A stretch of 64,000 nt of DNA from an uncultured Actinomycetes bacterium (lineage in GTDB: Bacteria > Actinomycetota > UBA4738 > HRBIN12): positions 2,048,001 to 2,112,000 of the forward strand of contig OY969934.1 in the NCBI GenBank assembly GCA_963704725.1, given 5' to 3'. Position numbers and translations under genes: made by a program. Every line of letters starts with the position of its first letter. Within the stretch, counting starts at the first letter, position 1. The notes beneath the pieces are model-generated. The model did no database searches. It saw only the letters and a program-made list of their open reading frames with translations, and was not told the origin of the DNA. This document shows, one piece after another, positions 51,051 through 61,747 of the stretch.

Positions 51051-53832
51051 TCAAGAGGGGGCCCGCCATCTGCCGGATGCCGGTTCCGCGGGCGCCTCGG
51101 GGACCTCGATCGGGACGGCTGGGGTCGCCGCCGCCCCGGCCGAGCGGGCCCCGGACCGGGATCGCTCGAGCAGGTCCCGGGCGACGGCGGCCTGCGCCCG
51201 GGCCCCTCGGCGGTCGAACCCCCGCAGGGCTCTGCCGGCCACGGACACCGCCTCGTTCTCCCGACCGGCGAGCCCCCGCACCCGCGCCAGGTCCAGGAGG
51301 GCCTCCCCCCGCGTGGGCCAGGCGTCGGTCTGCTCCGCCAGCCGGACCGCGATCCGGGCCGCGGACTCGGCCTCGGAGAACCTGCCGAGCAGCGCCAGCG
51401 CCTTGGCCCGGGCCGTCCGCCAGCCCACCTGGGTGGGGAAGTCCTCGGGAGCCGCCTCGCGTTCGGCGAGCGCGCCCAGCTCCAGGGTCTTCTCCCCCAT
51501 CTCCCGCATGGCCAGGACGTGCGCGAGGGACGACGCAGCCTGGGCGCGGATGCCGTCGCGCCCCGGGCCGGGCTCGAGCTCGAGCACGCCGCGGAACGCG
51601 ACCTCGGCGCCCTCCAGGTCGCCGGCCAACGCCTCGACGGTCCCTCCCCGCCACCGGCACAGCGCGGCCGGCTCCTTCAGACCGAGATCCTCGAGGGCCG
51701 CCAAGGCGCCGGAGGCCAGGCGGCGGGCCTCGTCCATATGGCCACGGCGCGCCTGGAGGACGGCGAGGACGCCCTCGACGTCCTGCCGGGCGGGCCTCTC
51801 GTCCCCCACGCGCTCACGGATCGCCTCGCAGCAGGCGATGGCTTCCGCGATGGGAAGGGGGCCGTTCAGGGTCGCCCACGCCAGGTCGCGGAGCGCCTCC
51901 AGCTCCTCGGCGACCAGACCGGCGTTGGCGGCGTGCCGGGCCGCCCGCTCGGTCGCTTCGGCGCAGCGGGCCAGGTTCCCCCATCGCAGATACACCGCAC
52001 CGCGCAGCGCGAAGGCCCACGACAGGCCCTGTTCGTCGCCGGTCTCCTCGAACACCTGGATCGCCCGACTCACCGTGGTGTGTGCATGCTCGAGCGCGTC
52101 CAGGCCGTAGCCCCCGCGCAGGCCCAGCTTCGCCGAGACCACCTTCGCCCGCCACTCCACGCCGCGTGCGCCGAGCTTCCTCGCCGAGCTCGCGGCGGCG
52201 GCGAGCAACGCGGCGGCGGCCTCGTCGCCGACCGCGGCGAGGGCGATGCCCGAACGCAGGACGAGATCGGATCGGCGCGGATCGGAGGGCGGCACCAGCG
52301 TGGACGCGCGGTGCAGCAACGAGGCGGCGCCCCGGCCGTTCCCGAGCCGCTCGGCCCTGGCCGCCGCCGCCTCGAGCAGGGTCGCGGCGCGTTCGCCGAG
52401 CTCCCGGGTCGACCCCTCGTCGTGCCCCAGCCCGGTCCGCAGCTCGAAGGCCGAGACGAGGTGGGCGGCGATCGCCTCGGCGAAGCGAGGGAGCCGGTCC
52501 CCCGCCACACCCTCGAGCCACGTCGCGCAGTGCTCGTGCACCTCGGCGCGCGCCTCCTCGCGAACGCACGCCGCGGCGGCCTCTCGAACGAGCGCGTGGC
52601 GGAAGGCGAACCAAGCTCGGCCGTCCTCGGCCACATCGCGCACGATGAGACCTTTGCGGGCCAGCTCCTCGAGATGCTCGGCGAGGGCCGGCCGGTGCTC
52701 CGGCGGGAGGAGCTCCGCCACGAGGTCGGCGGGGAACACCTCGCCGACGACGGCCGACAGGCCCGCCACGATCCGTTCCTCGGGCGACGCCCGATCCAGG
52801 CGGGCTCGCAGGACCGCCTCGGCTCCCGGCGGGGTGGGTGGCGCGGAGAGATCGAGGGTCGGCACGACCCGCCCCTGGACCACCCGGACCAGCTCCTCCT
52901 CGACGAGCATCGCGAGCAGGTGTTCGGCGACGAACGGGCTGCCCCCCGAGGTCTCGACGACGAGCCGTCGCACCTCCTCGTCCAGCTCGCTCCCGCCCAC
53001 GAGACCGGCGGCCAGGGACGCCAGGTCGTCGTCCCCGAGCGGCTCCAGACGCGCGATGCCGAGATCGCCCGACGCCTCCACCGCCGGGCCGAACTCCCTT
53101 GCGGCGCAGAGCACCACGAGGGGTACCGCCGGCATCCCGGCCGCCACGGCCCGGATCAGATGCCAGAAGGAGGACTCCACCCGGTCGGCGTCGTCCACCC
53201 ACACCACCAACGCCCGGTCGCCGGCGACCGTCGACAGGATCCGGGAGAGCTCGCGAGGTGTCTCCTGGGCCCGCGCCACCGCCTCGGGGAGCGCGAGGAC
53301 GCCCGCCATCCACTCCACCTCGGAGCGATCCCGCGGGTCCACGAAGAGCGCCTCGAGCTTGCGCCGGGCATCGGCGGCCGGATCACGGTCCCCGATCCCT
53401 GCCACCTGCTCCACGATCTCGGCGAGCGGCCACGCCGTCCCGATCTCCTGGACCGGACGGCAGCGGACCCGCAGCACCCGGGCTTCTCCGCCGGCCTCGA
53501 GCCTGCGCAGCGACTCCTCGACGAGGGCCGTCTTGCCGAGCCCGGGCTCGCCGGCGATCCCCACGAGGCAGCCGATCCGGTCCGCGACGGCGCGATCCAG
53601 GATCTCGCGCAGGTCGGCGCGCTCCCGGTCGCGGCCGATCAGGGGGACCTCGACGACCCGCGCACCGGAGGACGCCGGATGCGGGGGCGCGGAGCGGCTC
53701 CGCGCACTGCTGGCAGAAGCGCGCCGACTCCGAGTTGATCTCGCCGCACGCCGGGCACCGGCTGTGGATCGCTTCCCGGCTCGTCGGAGCGCCCCAGGGG
53801 GCGAAGGAGCCGGAGCGGCCGTCCACGCTCAT
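51051..53832 (-). CDS. Zinc-ribbon + STAND/AAA ATPase + TPR-like protein, +1 frameshift near 53680
   Basis: SD GGGAGG + ATG 53832; CPAC...FCQQC; shifted frame PLIGRDRE, GEPGLGKT, VVWVDD, SGGSPF, FRHALVREAA, helical repeats. Confidence 0.75.
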
Positions 53833-53884
53833 CCGTTGCCTCCCACTCAAGCCGGCCGTCATCGCGTCCTGCGGCCGGTGCGCG

Positions 53885-54838
53885 CTAGGACTGATCGAAG
53901 CCGCTGGCCTCGAGCAGCTTGGAGAACTCCTGGGCGAGCAGGAACCTGTCGACCTCGCCCTCCCGCTCCCGTCGCGGCTCCACGTCGAACTCGACCTCGG
54001 GTTGGGACTGACCCTCGGGCCGTGTCTCCGGCGGTACCTCGGGCTGGGGTTCGGCGGCCGTCTCGGTCGGGGCCGCCGGCCCCTGCGGGGAGATCTGCTC
54101 GGCCGACGCCGGAGCCGGCGCGGGGGCCGGCGCGAGACCACTCGCGGGGTCCGGGAGGGACAGCTCCTGCGGCGGGAGGATCCACGTTCGGGTCTCGGAA
54201 CGACGCTCCGGCGGCGCCAGCTGCGTGGACGCCTCCTCCTGCGGGGCGAGGATCCACGAGACGGGCCGGCGCTCGGGCTCGGCCGGCGGCGCCTCCTCGC
54301 TTTCGGGGGCAAGGATCCACGACAACGGCCGGGCGTGGCGCTCCGAAGGCTCGGGGGCGATCGCCTCCGGGGGCGCGGCGTACTGCAGCGCGGCGTCCTG
54401 CACCTCGAGCCGCATGACCGACGGCGCGTGGACGGGCTGACCCGCGCTCTTGTGCAGCGGCGTCCGCGGCTTGCTCTTCGGGGCGTCGGCCACGTCGGGG
54501 AGCTTCAACGCCTCTCGCTTGGCTCGCGCCTCCTCGGCCGAGAGCAGGAGCTGCTGGAGCTGGTCGATCACGAGTCCGGGCCTGGCGCTCGCCTCCGACA
54601 GCACGAACGCCGCGTAGGGGCCCCGCCGGACGTACACCCACAGCTCGTCGCCGAACTCGACGAACCCCTTCTCGGGGTCGCCGAGGGCGGCGAAGCGCAG
54701 CCAGGCTCGCTGAACGGGGCTCTCATCCGACGGCGGATACGACCCCACGACGAGGCCGTCACGAGTCAGGATGATGCAGCCCTTCAGCTGGCCGACGCTC
54801 ACCGCGATGCGCGCCGCGATTGCGGAGAAATCGTCCAT
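53885..54838 (-). CDS. Roadblock/LC7 (MglB-like) domain protein with Pro/Glu-rich repeat tail
   Basis: LKGCIILTRDGLVVGS, ARPGLV; three WIL(A/P)P repeats; C-terminal helix VDRFLLAQEFSKLL. Confidence 0.65.
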   Translation of the reverse strand: MDDFSAIAARIAVSVGQLKGCIILTRDGLVVGSYPPSDESPVQRAWLRFAALGDPEKGFVEFGDELWVYVRRGPYAAFVLSEASARPGLVIDQLQQLLLSAEEARAKREALKLPDVADAPKSKPRTPLHKSAGQPVHAPSVMRLEVQDAALQYAAPPEAIAPEPSERHARPLSWILAPESEEAPPAEPERRPVSWILAPQEEASTQLAPPERRSETRTWILPPQELSLPDPASGLAPAPAPAPASAEQISPQGPAAPTETAAEPQPEVPPETRPEGQSQPEVEFDVEPRREREGEVDRFLLAQEFSKLLEASGFDQS

Positions 54839-54851
54839 GGTTGTGGGCTTT

Positions 54852-54886
54852 CTCCGATGCATCGGAGGGATGCCGACGCACTTGAG
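54852..54886 (-). promoter_or_regulatory. Sigma28/FliA-like promoter overlapped by a 16-bp palindrome
   Basis: CTCA-N16-TCCGAT; CTCCGATGCATCGGAG at 54852-54867. Confidence 0.5.
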
Positions 54887-55050
54887 GGCCGTCCCCGAGA
54901 AAACCGACCTCCCGGCCCCGGCGTCGTAGCCCGGATGCCCGCTCCGCTCGGCCAGGGGGTTTTCTACGCAACGCCTTAAGTCCCCATCCCATCAGCACGA
55001 TGCACACCCAGAGAGGACTGCGTGCACCGACCTGAGGAACGGGGGCTCAG

Positions 55051-57339
55051 TTGTCCGGCGAATGGTCCGATGAGCTCGATGAGGTGATCGGTGAGTTCCT
55101 CGTCGAGAGCAACGAGGGTCTCGATCGCGTCGACCAGGACCTCCTCACGCTCGAGAAGCGCCCTCGCTCGTCGGAGGAGATCGCGCGCATCTTCCGCACC
55201 GTCCACACCATCAAGGGAACGTGCGGATTCCTGGGGTTCGAGCGACTCGAACGGGTCGCCCACGAGGCCGAGGGCCTGCTCGGGAAGTTGCGGGACGGCA
55301 AGCTGACGGCCGACGCCGACATCGTGACCGCGCTCCTCGCCACCGGTGACGCCCTGCGGCGGATGCTCACGGCGATCGAGGCCACCGGGTCGGAGGGCGA
55401 CGGCGACTTCTCGGAGCTCGTCACCACGCTGGCGGCACTGCACGCCGGCGCGCCGAAGACCGGCGCCGGTCGCCCTCGCTCGAGGACCCGAACCGGGCGA
55501 TCGCGGTCCGCCGCCCCCGTCGCCAAGGCGGAGCCCGACACGGTCGCCGTCGATCGAGAGCCGCTCGAGGCGCCCGATACCCCGCCCCCGGCCGCCGAGT
55601 CGCACCCCAGTGTGACCGAGTCCTCGATCCGGGTCGACGTCGGACTGCTGGACGGCCTCATGCGGCTCGTCGGTGAGCTCGTCCTGGCCCGCAACCAGAT
55701 CGTCCAGCGGACGGCGACCCAGCAGGACGCGGTCCTGACGACGACGTCGCAGCGATTGGATCTCATCACGACCGAGCTGCAAGAGGCGGTCATGAAGACC
55801 CGCATGCAGCCCATCGGGACCGTGTGGGGCAAGCTCCCGCGCGTGGTCCGGGACCTCGCCCTCGAGTGCGGCAAGCAGGTCCGCATCCAGCTCGAAGGCG
55901 AGGACACCGAGCTCGACCGGTCGCTGCTCGAGGCCGTTCGAGACCCCCTCACCCACCTCGTTCGCAACGCGGTCGACCACGGCATCGAAGGGCCGGAGAT
56001 CCGCCGAGCCCATGGCAAGCCCGAGGAGGGGACGCTGGTGGTCCGGGCGTTCCACGAGGGCGGCCAGGTCAACATCGAGATCTCGGACGACGGTGCGGGC
56101 ATCGACGCGGCGGAGGTGCGGGCCAAGGCGGTCGAGCTCGGCCTGGTGCCCGCCGAGTCGGTCGCGGGCATAAGCGATCGGGAGCTCCTGAAGCTCATCT
56201 TCCTGCCCGGACTGACCACGGCGGAGGATGTGACCACCCTGTCGGGCCGAGGTGTGGGCATGGACGTCGTTCGTACGAACGTCGAGCGCGTCGGCGGCAG
56301 CGTCGACGTGCAGAGCCGATCCGGCGAGGGCACGACGTTCAGGATCAAGATCCCCTTGACCCTGGCCATCATCCCCGCCCTGATCGTGGAGACGGGCGGC
56401 GAGCGGTACGCCATCCCGCAGGTGAGCCTTCTCGAGCTCGTGCGGATCGAGGCGTCCGACGTGAACCGGTCGATCGAGATGATCCACGGAGCCCCCGTCT
56501 ACCGCCTCCGCGGCCGCCTCCTGCCGTTGGTGTCGCTGGCCCACGAGCTGTGTGGCGTGCCATGGCTGGAGGAGTTCCGTCCGGAGCCGGACCACGGGTC
56601 AGACGGGCACGACCGGGCCGTCAACATCGTGGTGCTCCAGGCCGACGACCGGCAGTTCGGGCTGCTCGTCGAGGGCGTCAGCGACTCGGCCGAGATCGTC
56701 GTGAAGCCGCTCGAGCACCACCTGAAGGGGATCGGGACGTTCGCCGGCGCGACCATCATGGGCGACGGCAGGGTGGGGCTCATCCTCGACGTCATCGGCC
56801 TGGCGCAGCGGGCCCACGTGGTCGACACCGCGCGGGACCACGCCCTCATCGATGTCGCGGCAGAGAGTCCGGACGCCGAGGTCGAGACCACGAGCCTCCT
56901 GCTGTTCGAGGACGCGATGGGAGGCCGGATGTCGGTTCCGCTGGAGCTGGTCGACCGCCTCGAGGAGTTCTCCATCTCCTCGGTGGAGCGATCCGGCCCG
57001 CAGGACGTGGTGCAGTATCGCGACGAGATCCTGCCCCTGTACGACGTCTCGGCCCTCCTTCTCGAGCGACGGCGCACGCCCCGCGGAGAACCCTCCGACG
57101 AGTGGGATCGCGGGACGATCCAGGTGATCGTCCTGCGACACGCGGGGGGTCGCGTCGGCATCACGGTCGAGCGGATCCTCGACACCGTCGACGAGGTGAT
57201 GGATCTCAAGCCGGCGAGCCGGCCTGGGGTCGCCGGCACGTTGGTCATCAACGGTCGCGTGACCGAGGTCCTCGACGTGCCGGAGCTCCTGGCCTCCTCC
57301 CGCGAGGAACGATCACTGCAGGAGGCGCTTCCGGCATGA
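55051..57339 (+). CDS. cheA: Chemotaxis histidine kinase CheA with two CheW-like domains
   Basis: HTIKG (P1), SIRVDV, RMQP, HLVRNAVDHG, DDGAG, SGRGVGMDVV, PLTLAI, then two CheW-like repeats; no clear P2. Confidence 0.96.
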   Translation: MSGEWSDELDEVIGEFLVESNEGLDRVDQDLLTLEKRPRSSEEIARIFRTVHTIKGTCGFLGFERLERVAHEAEGLLGKLRDGKLTADADIVTALLATGDALRRMLTAIEATGSEGDGDFSELVTTLAALHAGAPKTGAGRPRSRTRTGRSRSAAPVAKAEPDTVAVDREPLEAPDTPPPAAESHPSVTESSIRVDVGLLDGLMRLVGELVLARNQIVQRTATQQDAVLTTTSQRLDLITTELQEAVMKTRMQPIGTVWGKLPRVVRDLALECGKQVRIQLEGEDTELDRSLLEAVRDPLTHLVRNAVDHGIEGPEIRRAHGKPEEGTLVVRAFHEGGQVNIEISDDGAGIDAAEVRAKAVELGLVPAESVAGISDRELLKLIFLPGLTTAEDVTTLSGRGVGMDVVRTNVERVGGSVDVQSRSGEGTTFRIKIPLTLAIIPALIVETGGERYAIPQVSLLELVRIEASDVNRSIEMIHGAPVYRLRGRLLPLVSLAHELCGVPWLEEFRPEPDHGSDGHDRAVNIVVLQADDRQFGLLVEGVSDSAEIVVKPLEHHLKGIGTFAGATIMGDGRVGLILDVIGLAQRAHVVDTARDHALIDVAAESPDAEVETTSLLLFEDAMGGRMSVPLELVDRLEEFSISSVERSGPQDVVQYRDEILPLYDVSALLLERRRTPRGEPSDEWDRGTIQVIVLRHAGGRVGITVERILDTVDEVMDLKPASRPGVAGTLVINGRVTEVLDVPELLASSREERSLQEALPA

Positions 57340-57764
57340 CGACGAGACAGTTCACGACCTTCTACGCGGACGAGCGGTACTTCGGCATCGACGTGACGAA
57401 GGTCCAGGAGGTCCTGCGCTACCAGGACATGACGCGCGCCCCACTCGCGCCGGCGGAGATCCGCGGCCTGATCAACCTCCGCGGACAGATCGTCGTGGCG
57501 CTCGACCTGCGACGGCGGCTGGGCTTGCCCGACCGCGCCGAGGGGAGCCTGCCGATGAACGTGGTCGTGCGGGCGGACGACGCGTTGATCAGCCTGCTGG
57601 TGGACGAGATCGGGGACGTCCTCGAGGTGGATGAGGACCTCTTCGAAGAGCCGCCGGAGACCTTGCAGGCCGGCCGGGAGTTCGTCCGGGGGGCCTACAA
57701 GCTCGACGGACGGCTGCTGCTCGAGCTCGACATGGAGAAGGCCATCGACATCACGTCCGGATAG
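57336..57764 (+). CDS. cheW: Chemotaxis coupling protein CheW
   Basis: [29 protein letters not shown]. Confidence 0.95.
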   Translation: MTTRQFTTFYADERYFGIDVTKVQEVLRYQDMTRAPLAPAEIRGLINLRGQIVVALDLRRRLGLPDRAEGSLPMNVVVRADDALISLLVDEIGDVLEVDEDLFEEPPETLQAGREFVRGAYKLDGRLLLELDMEKAIDITSG

Positions 57765-57816
57765 ATCGAGACAGCTGGGACGCGAACCAACCGAACGAGG
57801 AAGGGAAGGGGTCGAC

Positions 57817-59520
57817 GTGAACGTCATCATCAGGACGATCCGGGACTCTCGGATCCGTACGAAGCTCGCCGCCCTCACGGCGATCGGCCTGATCGGTGCC
57901 GTGGTCGTCGCGATGTTCGGGGTCGGCGCCCTCTCCAACCTGCGCGGCGTGTCCGACCGAGAGGTCGCCATCAACCGGATCAAGGCCGGTCTGAACCACC
58001 TCGACGGACGCATGAGCGAGCTCAAGGTCGACGCGTTCCGCTCGCTGATCCCGGTCGAGGACGCCCAGGCCCTCGCCGAGGAGCTCGTCGGGGACCTCCA
58101 GACCATCGACGAGGTCTGGGCCCAGGAGCTCGACCCGTACGCCGACCTCGCCCCGGCCCCCCTGCAGCAAGCGCTCGTCGATCTGAAGCAGGGATCGCAC
58201 GGGTTCGCAGCCTTCATCGATGAGTTCTCCGCCCTGGCGCGGCGGGATCCGGACGCCGCCCTGGCGCGCGAGTCCGAGATCCAGGACCGCAACCACGCGA
58301 TGGACGACGTCGTCGACGGGACGCACGCGCTCGCCGACACGGAGATGGCGGCCACGCAGGCGGAGACGCGCAGCACGATCTCCGACGCCCGCCGGACGAT
58401 GATCCTCGTGGTGCTCGCCGCGCTGGCGCTGGCCATCTTCATCTGGTGGGCGCTCTCGCGGATGATCTCGCGGCCGCTGCGGCGCAGCGCCGAGGTGCTG
58501 TCCCGGGTGGTCGGGGGCGACCTCACCCAGCGCATCCACGTCGAGTCGATGGACGAGGTCGGTCAGATGGCGCAGGCCCTGAACACCTCGGTCGAGGCCA
58601 CCCAGGAGGCCATGCGGGCGATCCGCGAGTCGGCCGTCACGCTGGCGTCCTCCTCGGAGGAGCTGTCGGCCACGTCCTCGCAGATGAGCGCGGCGGCCGA
58701 GGAGACCTCCGCGCAGGCCAACGCGGTCTCGGCCGCGGCCGAGCAGGTCTCCAACAACGCGCAGTCGGTCTCGACCTCCTCCGAGCAGATGTCCACCTCG
58801 ATCCGTGAGATCGCGACCTCGGCCAACGAGGCCGCGGCCGTGGCCGCCAACGCCGTCGAGGTCGCCGGCTCCACGACGGCCACCGTGGCCCGGCTCGGAG
58901 AGTCCTCGGCCGAGATCGGCGAGGTCATCAAGGTCATCACCTCGATCGCCGAGCAGACCAACCTGCTCGCCCTGAACGCCACGATCGAGGCGGCCAGGGC
59001 CGGCGAGGCCGGCAAGGGCTTCGCGGTCGTGGCCAACGAGGTCAAGGAGCTGGCCAAGGAGACGGCCCGGGCCACCGAGGAGATCGGGTCCAAGATCCTG
59101 GCGATCCAGGACGACGCGACGGCCGCCGTGGAGGCGATCGGTCAGATCGGCGAGGTCATCACCAAGATCAACGACATCCAGGCCACGATCGCCTCGGCGG
59201 TCGAGGAGCAGACCGTGACCACGAACGAGATCTCGCGCAGCGTGGGCGAGGCCGCTCGTGGGGCCAACGACATCGCCGCCAACATCACGGGCGTGGCGCG
59301 GGCGACGGAGGACACGTCCGGAGGCGCCGCCTCCACGCAGTCGGCCGCCCACAACCTGGCCCAGCTCGCCGAGGAGCTCGGCCACCTCGTCGGTCGGTTC
59401 GTCGTGGAGGACGGATCGGGCAACGACTCGGCGCGCGAGATGCACGCAGGATCCATATGGCACGGACCGCACGGCCAGGAGCAGGAGCTGGTCGGGGCCG
59501 TCAAGGGCTCGAGCGACTAG
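57817..59520 (+). CDS. Methyl-accepting chemotaxis protein 1
   Basis: Two TM helices, HAMP (DEVGQMA), [37 protein letters not shown]. Confidence 0.95.
   Translation: MNVIIRTIRDSRIRTKLAALTAIGLIGAVVVAMFGVGALSNLRGVSDREVAINRIKAGLNHLDGRMSELKVDAFRSLIPVEDAQALAEELVGDLQTIDEVWAQELDPYADLAPAPLQQALVDLKQGSHGFAAFIDEFSALARRDPDAALARESEIQDRNHAMDDVVDGTHALADTEMAATQAETRSTISDARRTMILVVLAALALAIFIWWALSRMISRPLRRSAEVLSRVVGGDLTQRIHVESMDEVGQMAQALNTSVEATQEAMRAIRESAVTLASSSEELSATSSQMSAAAEETSAQANAVSAAAEQVSNNAQSVSTSSEQMSTSIREIATSANEAAAVAANAVEVAGSTTATVARLGESSAEIGEVIKVITSIAEQTNLLALNATIEAARAGEAGKGFAVVANEVKELAKETARATEEIGSKILAIQDDATAAVEAIGQIGEVITKINDIQATIASAVEEQTVTTNEISRSVGEAARGANDIAANITGVARATEDTSGGAASTQSAAHNLAQLAEELGHLVGRFVVEDGSGNDSAREMHAGSIWHGPHGQEQELVGAVKGSSD
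58552..59419 (+). repeat. 868-bp direct repeat copy 1 (MCP signalling domain)
   Basis: Appears identical to 60314-61181 (offset 1762). Confidence 0.9.
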
Positions 59521-59557
59521 GACACGAACCGATGTGAACGGAGAAGGAGAGGGGGAC

Positions 59558-61309
59558 ATGCGGTCGATCCTCGAGCACGTGAGGACCGTCAGGACCAAGG
59601 TCCTGGCCGGCTTCCTCGCCATGTGTGTGGCCGTGGCCGTCCTCGGACTGCTGGCGCTGAGCCAGATGGGCAGGATCTACCAGGCCGGGAACGACGTCAC
59701 CGCGGTGCAACTGCCCATCGTCAGCGCCGTCACGTCGTTCCAGGAGGCGGTCCGTGACGCTCACGCCGCGTTGTACGAGATCGGCATCCAGGCGCTGAAC
59801 GACGAGCAGGACCTCGTCAACATGCTGATCCAGGAGTACAACGATGTGACCGCGGACGCCGAGGCCGCGCTGGCCAGCGACGCGATCACGAAGGACTTCG
59901 CCGACACGACGGCGTTCCGGTCGCTCCTGCAGGCATGGAGCAACTGGAAGAACTACGCCAGCAGACAGCTCCTCATGTCGCTCCAGGGCGGACAGCCTGG
60001 CATCTACCTCGTCAACCTCGCGTCCGACAAGGCGGGCGGAGGCGAGGCGTTCTACGGTGCCGTCCTCGTGGCCGCGGACGCCGCCGGAGAGAAGGCGGTC
60101 GCCACCGCCGATCGGCTCGTCGAGGAGAGCCATGCCGTGAACGCCGCGGCTCGCCGGGTCATCCTCGTGCTCATCGTCGTCACCGTCGGCTTCGCGCTGG
60201 GGGTGGGGTTCGTCCTGTCCCGGGCGATCTCCGGACCGCTCCGGCGATCGGTCGACGTCCTGCGGAGGGTGGCGCAGGGCGATCTGACCCAGCGACTGGA
60301 GGTTCGCTCCCGCGACGAGGTCGGTCAGATGGCGCAGGCCCTGAACACCTCGGTCGAGGCCACCCAGGAGGCCATGCGGGCGATCCGCGAGTCGGCCGTC
60401 ACGCTGGCGTCCTCCTCGGAGGAGCTGTCGGCCACGTCCTCGCAGATGAGCGCGGCGGCCGAGGAGACCTCCGCGCAGGCCAACGCGGTCTCGGCCGCGG
60501 CCGAGCAGGTCTCCAACAACGCGCAGTCGGTCTCGACCTCCTCCGAGCAGATGTCCACCTCGATCCGTGAGATCGCGACCTCGGCCAACGAGGCCGCGGC
60601 CGTGGCCGCCAACGCCGTCGAGGTCGCCGGCTCCACGACGGCCACCGTGGCCCGGCTCGGAGAGTCCTCGGCCGAGATCGGCGAGGTCATCAAGGTCATC
60701 ACCTCGATCGCCGAGCAGACCAACCTGCTCGCCCTGAACGCCACGATCGAGGCGGCCAGGGCCGGCGAGGCCGGCAAGGGCTTCGCGGTCGTGGCCAACG
60801 AGGTCAAGGAGCTGGCCAAGGAGACGGCCCGGGCCACCGAGGAGATCGGGTCCAAGATCCTGGCGATCCAGGACGACGCGACGGCCGCCGTGGAGGCGAT
60901 CGGTCAGATCGGCGAGGTCATCACCAAGATCAACGACATCCAGGCCACGATCGCCTCGGCGGTCGAGGAGCAGACCGTGACCACGAACGAGATCTCGCGC
61001 AGCGTGGGCGAGGCCGCTCGTGGGGCCAACGACATCGCCGCCAACATCACGGGCGTGGCGCGGGCGACGGAGGACACGTCCGGAGGCGCCGCCTCCACGC
61101 AGTCGGCCGCCCACAACCTGGCCCAGCTCGCCGAGGAGCTCGGCCACCTCGTCGGTCGGTTCGTCGTGGAGGACGGATCGGACGGCGACCAGACCCGGCC
61201 GGGCGGAGGCGCCTCGATGCACGAGGCGTACCACGTGGGATCCGCCACGCGCACCTCGCGCGGCAAGGACCAGGAGCTGATCGGGGCCGGCAGCGGCTCG
61301 AGCGACTAG
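59558..61309 (+). CDS. Methyl-accepting chemotaxis protein 2
   Basis: Two TM helices, different sensor domain, HAMP, same signalling domain as MCP1. Confidence 0.95.
   Translation: MRSILEHVRTVRTKVLAGFLAMCVAVAVLGLLALSQMGRIYQAGNDVTAVQLPIVSAVTSFQEAVRDAHAALYEIGIQALNDEQDLVNMLIQEYNDVTADAEAALASDAITKDFADTTAFRSLLQAWSNWKNYASRQLLMSLQGGQPGIYLVNLASDKAGGGEAFYGAVLVAADAAGEKAVATADRLVEESHAVNAAARRVILVLIVVTVGFALGVGFVLSRAISGPLRRSVDVLRRVAQGDLTQRLEVRSRDEVGQMAQALNTSVEATQEAMRAIRESAVTLASSSEELSATSSQMSAAAEETSAQANAVSAAAEQVSNNAQSVSTSSEQMSTSIREIATSANEAAAVAANAVEVAGSTTATVARLGESSAEIGEVIKVITSIAEQTNLLALNATIEAARAGEAGKGFAVVANEVKELAKETARATEEIGSKILAIQDDATAAVEAIGQIGEVITKINDIQATIASAVEEQTVTTNEISRSVGEAARGANDIAANITGVARATEDTSGGAASTQSAAHNLAQLAEELGHLVGRFVVEDGSDGDQTRPGGGASMHEAYHVGSATRTSRGKDQELIGAGSGSSD
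60314..61181 (+). repeat. 868-bp direct repeat copy 2
   Basis: Appears identical to 58552-59419. Confidence 0.9.
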
Positions 61310-61369
61310 GAGCGAACCGATGTGACGGGCCGGACCTCTGGCCGGACCCGTCACCGTTGACTGGAGGAG

Positions 61370-61747
61370 ATGGTGCGAGCACTGGTGGTAGACGACTCGA
61401 GGGCGATGCGCATCATGCTGGGGCGCCAGCTCTCCCGTCTCGGCTTCGAAGTGTTCGAGGCCGGGAACGGGAAGGAGGCGTTGGAACGTCTGGCCGAGCT
61501 CGGCCCGGTCGACGTCGCGCTCGTCGACCGGACGATGCCGGTGATGGACGGCGTCGCCTTCCTCAGGGAGGTGCGGGCCGTTCCGGCCTACGAACGCATC
61601 CGGGTCATCATCGTGACGTCGGAGAGCGACCCGGTCCAGATCATGCACGCGCTGCTGGCCGGCGCGGACGAGTACGCCACGAAACCGATCACGGCTGCGG
61701 GTCTCGCCGAGAAGCTGGGTCTCGTAGGGTTCGCGAAGAACGGCTAG
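61370..61747 (+). CDS. cheY: Chemotaxis response regulator CheY
   Basis: ALVVDDSRAMR, LVD..MPVMDG, VTSE, KP. Confidence 0.92.
   Translation: MVRALVVDDSRAMRIMLGRQLSRLGFEVFEAGNGKEALERLAELGPVDVALVDRTMPVMDGVAFLREVRAVPAYERIRVIIVTSESDPVQIMHALLAGADEYATKPITAAGLAEKLGLVGFAKNG

Noticed and set aside
61322-61354. Hairpin GTGACGGG...CCCGTCAC before cheY as an ncRNA or riboswitch
   Set aside because: A single short stem with no recognisable aptamer; at most an mRNA stability element.
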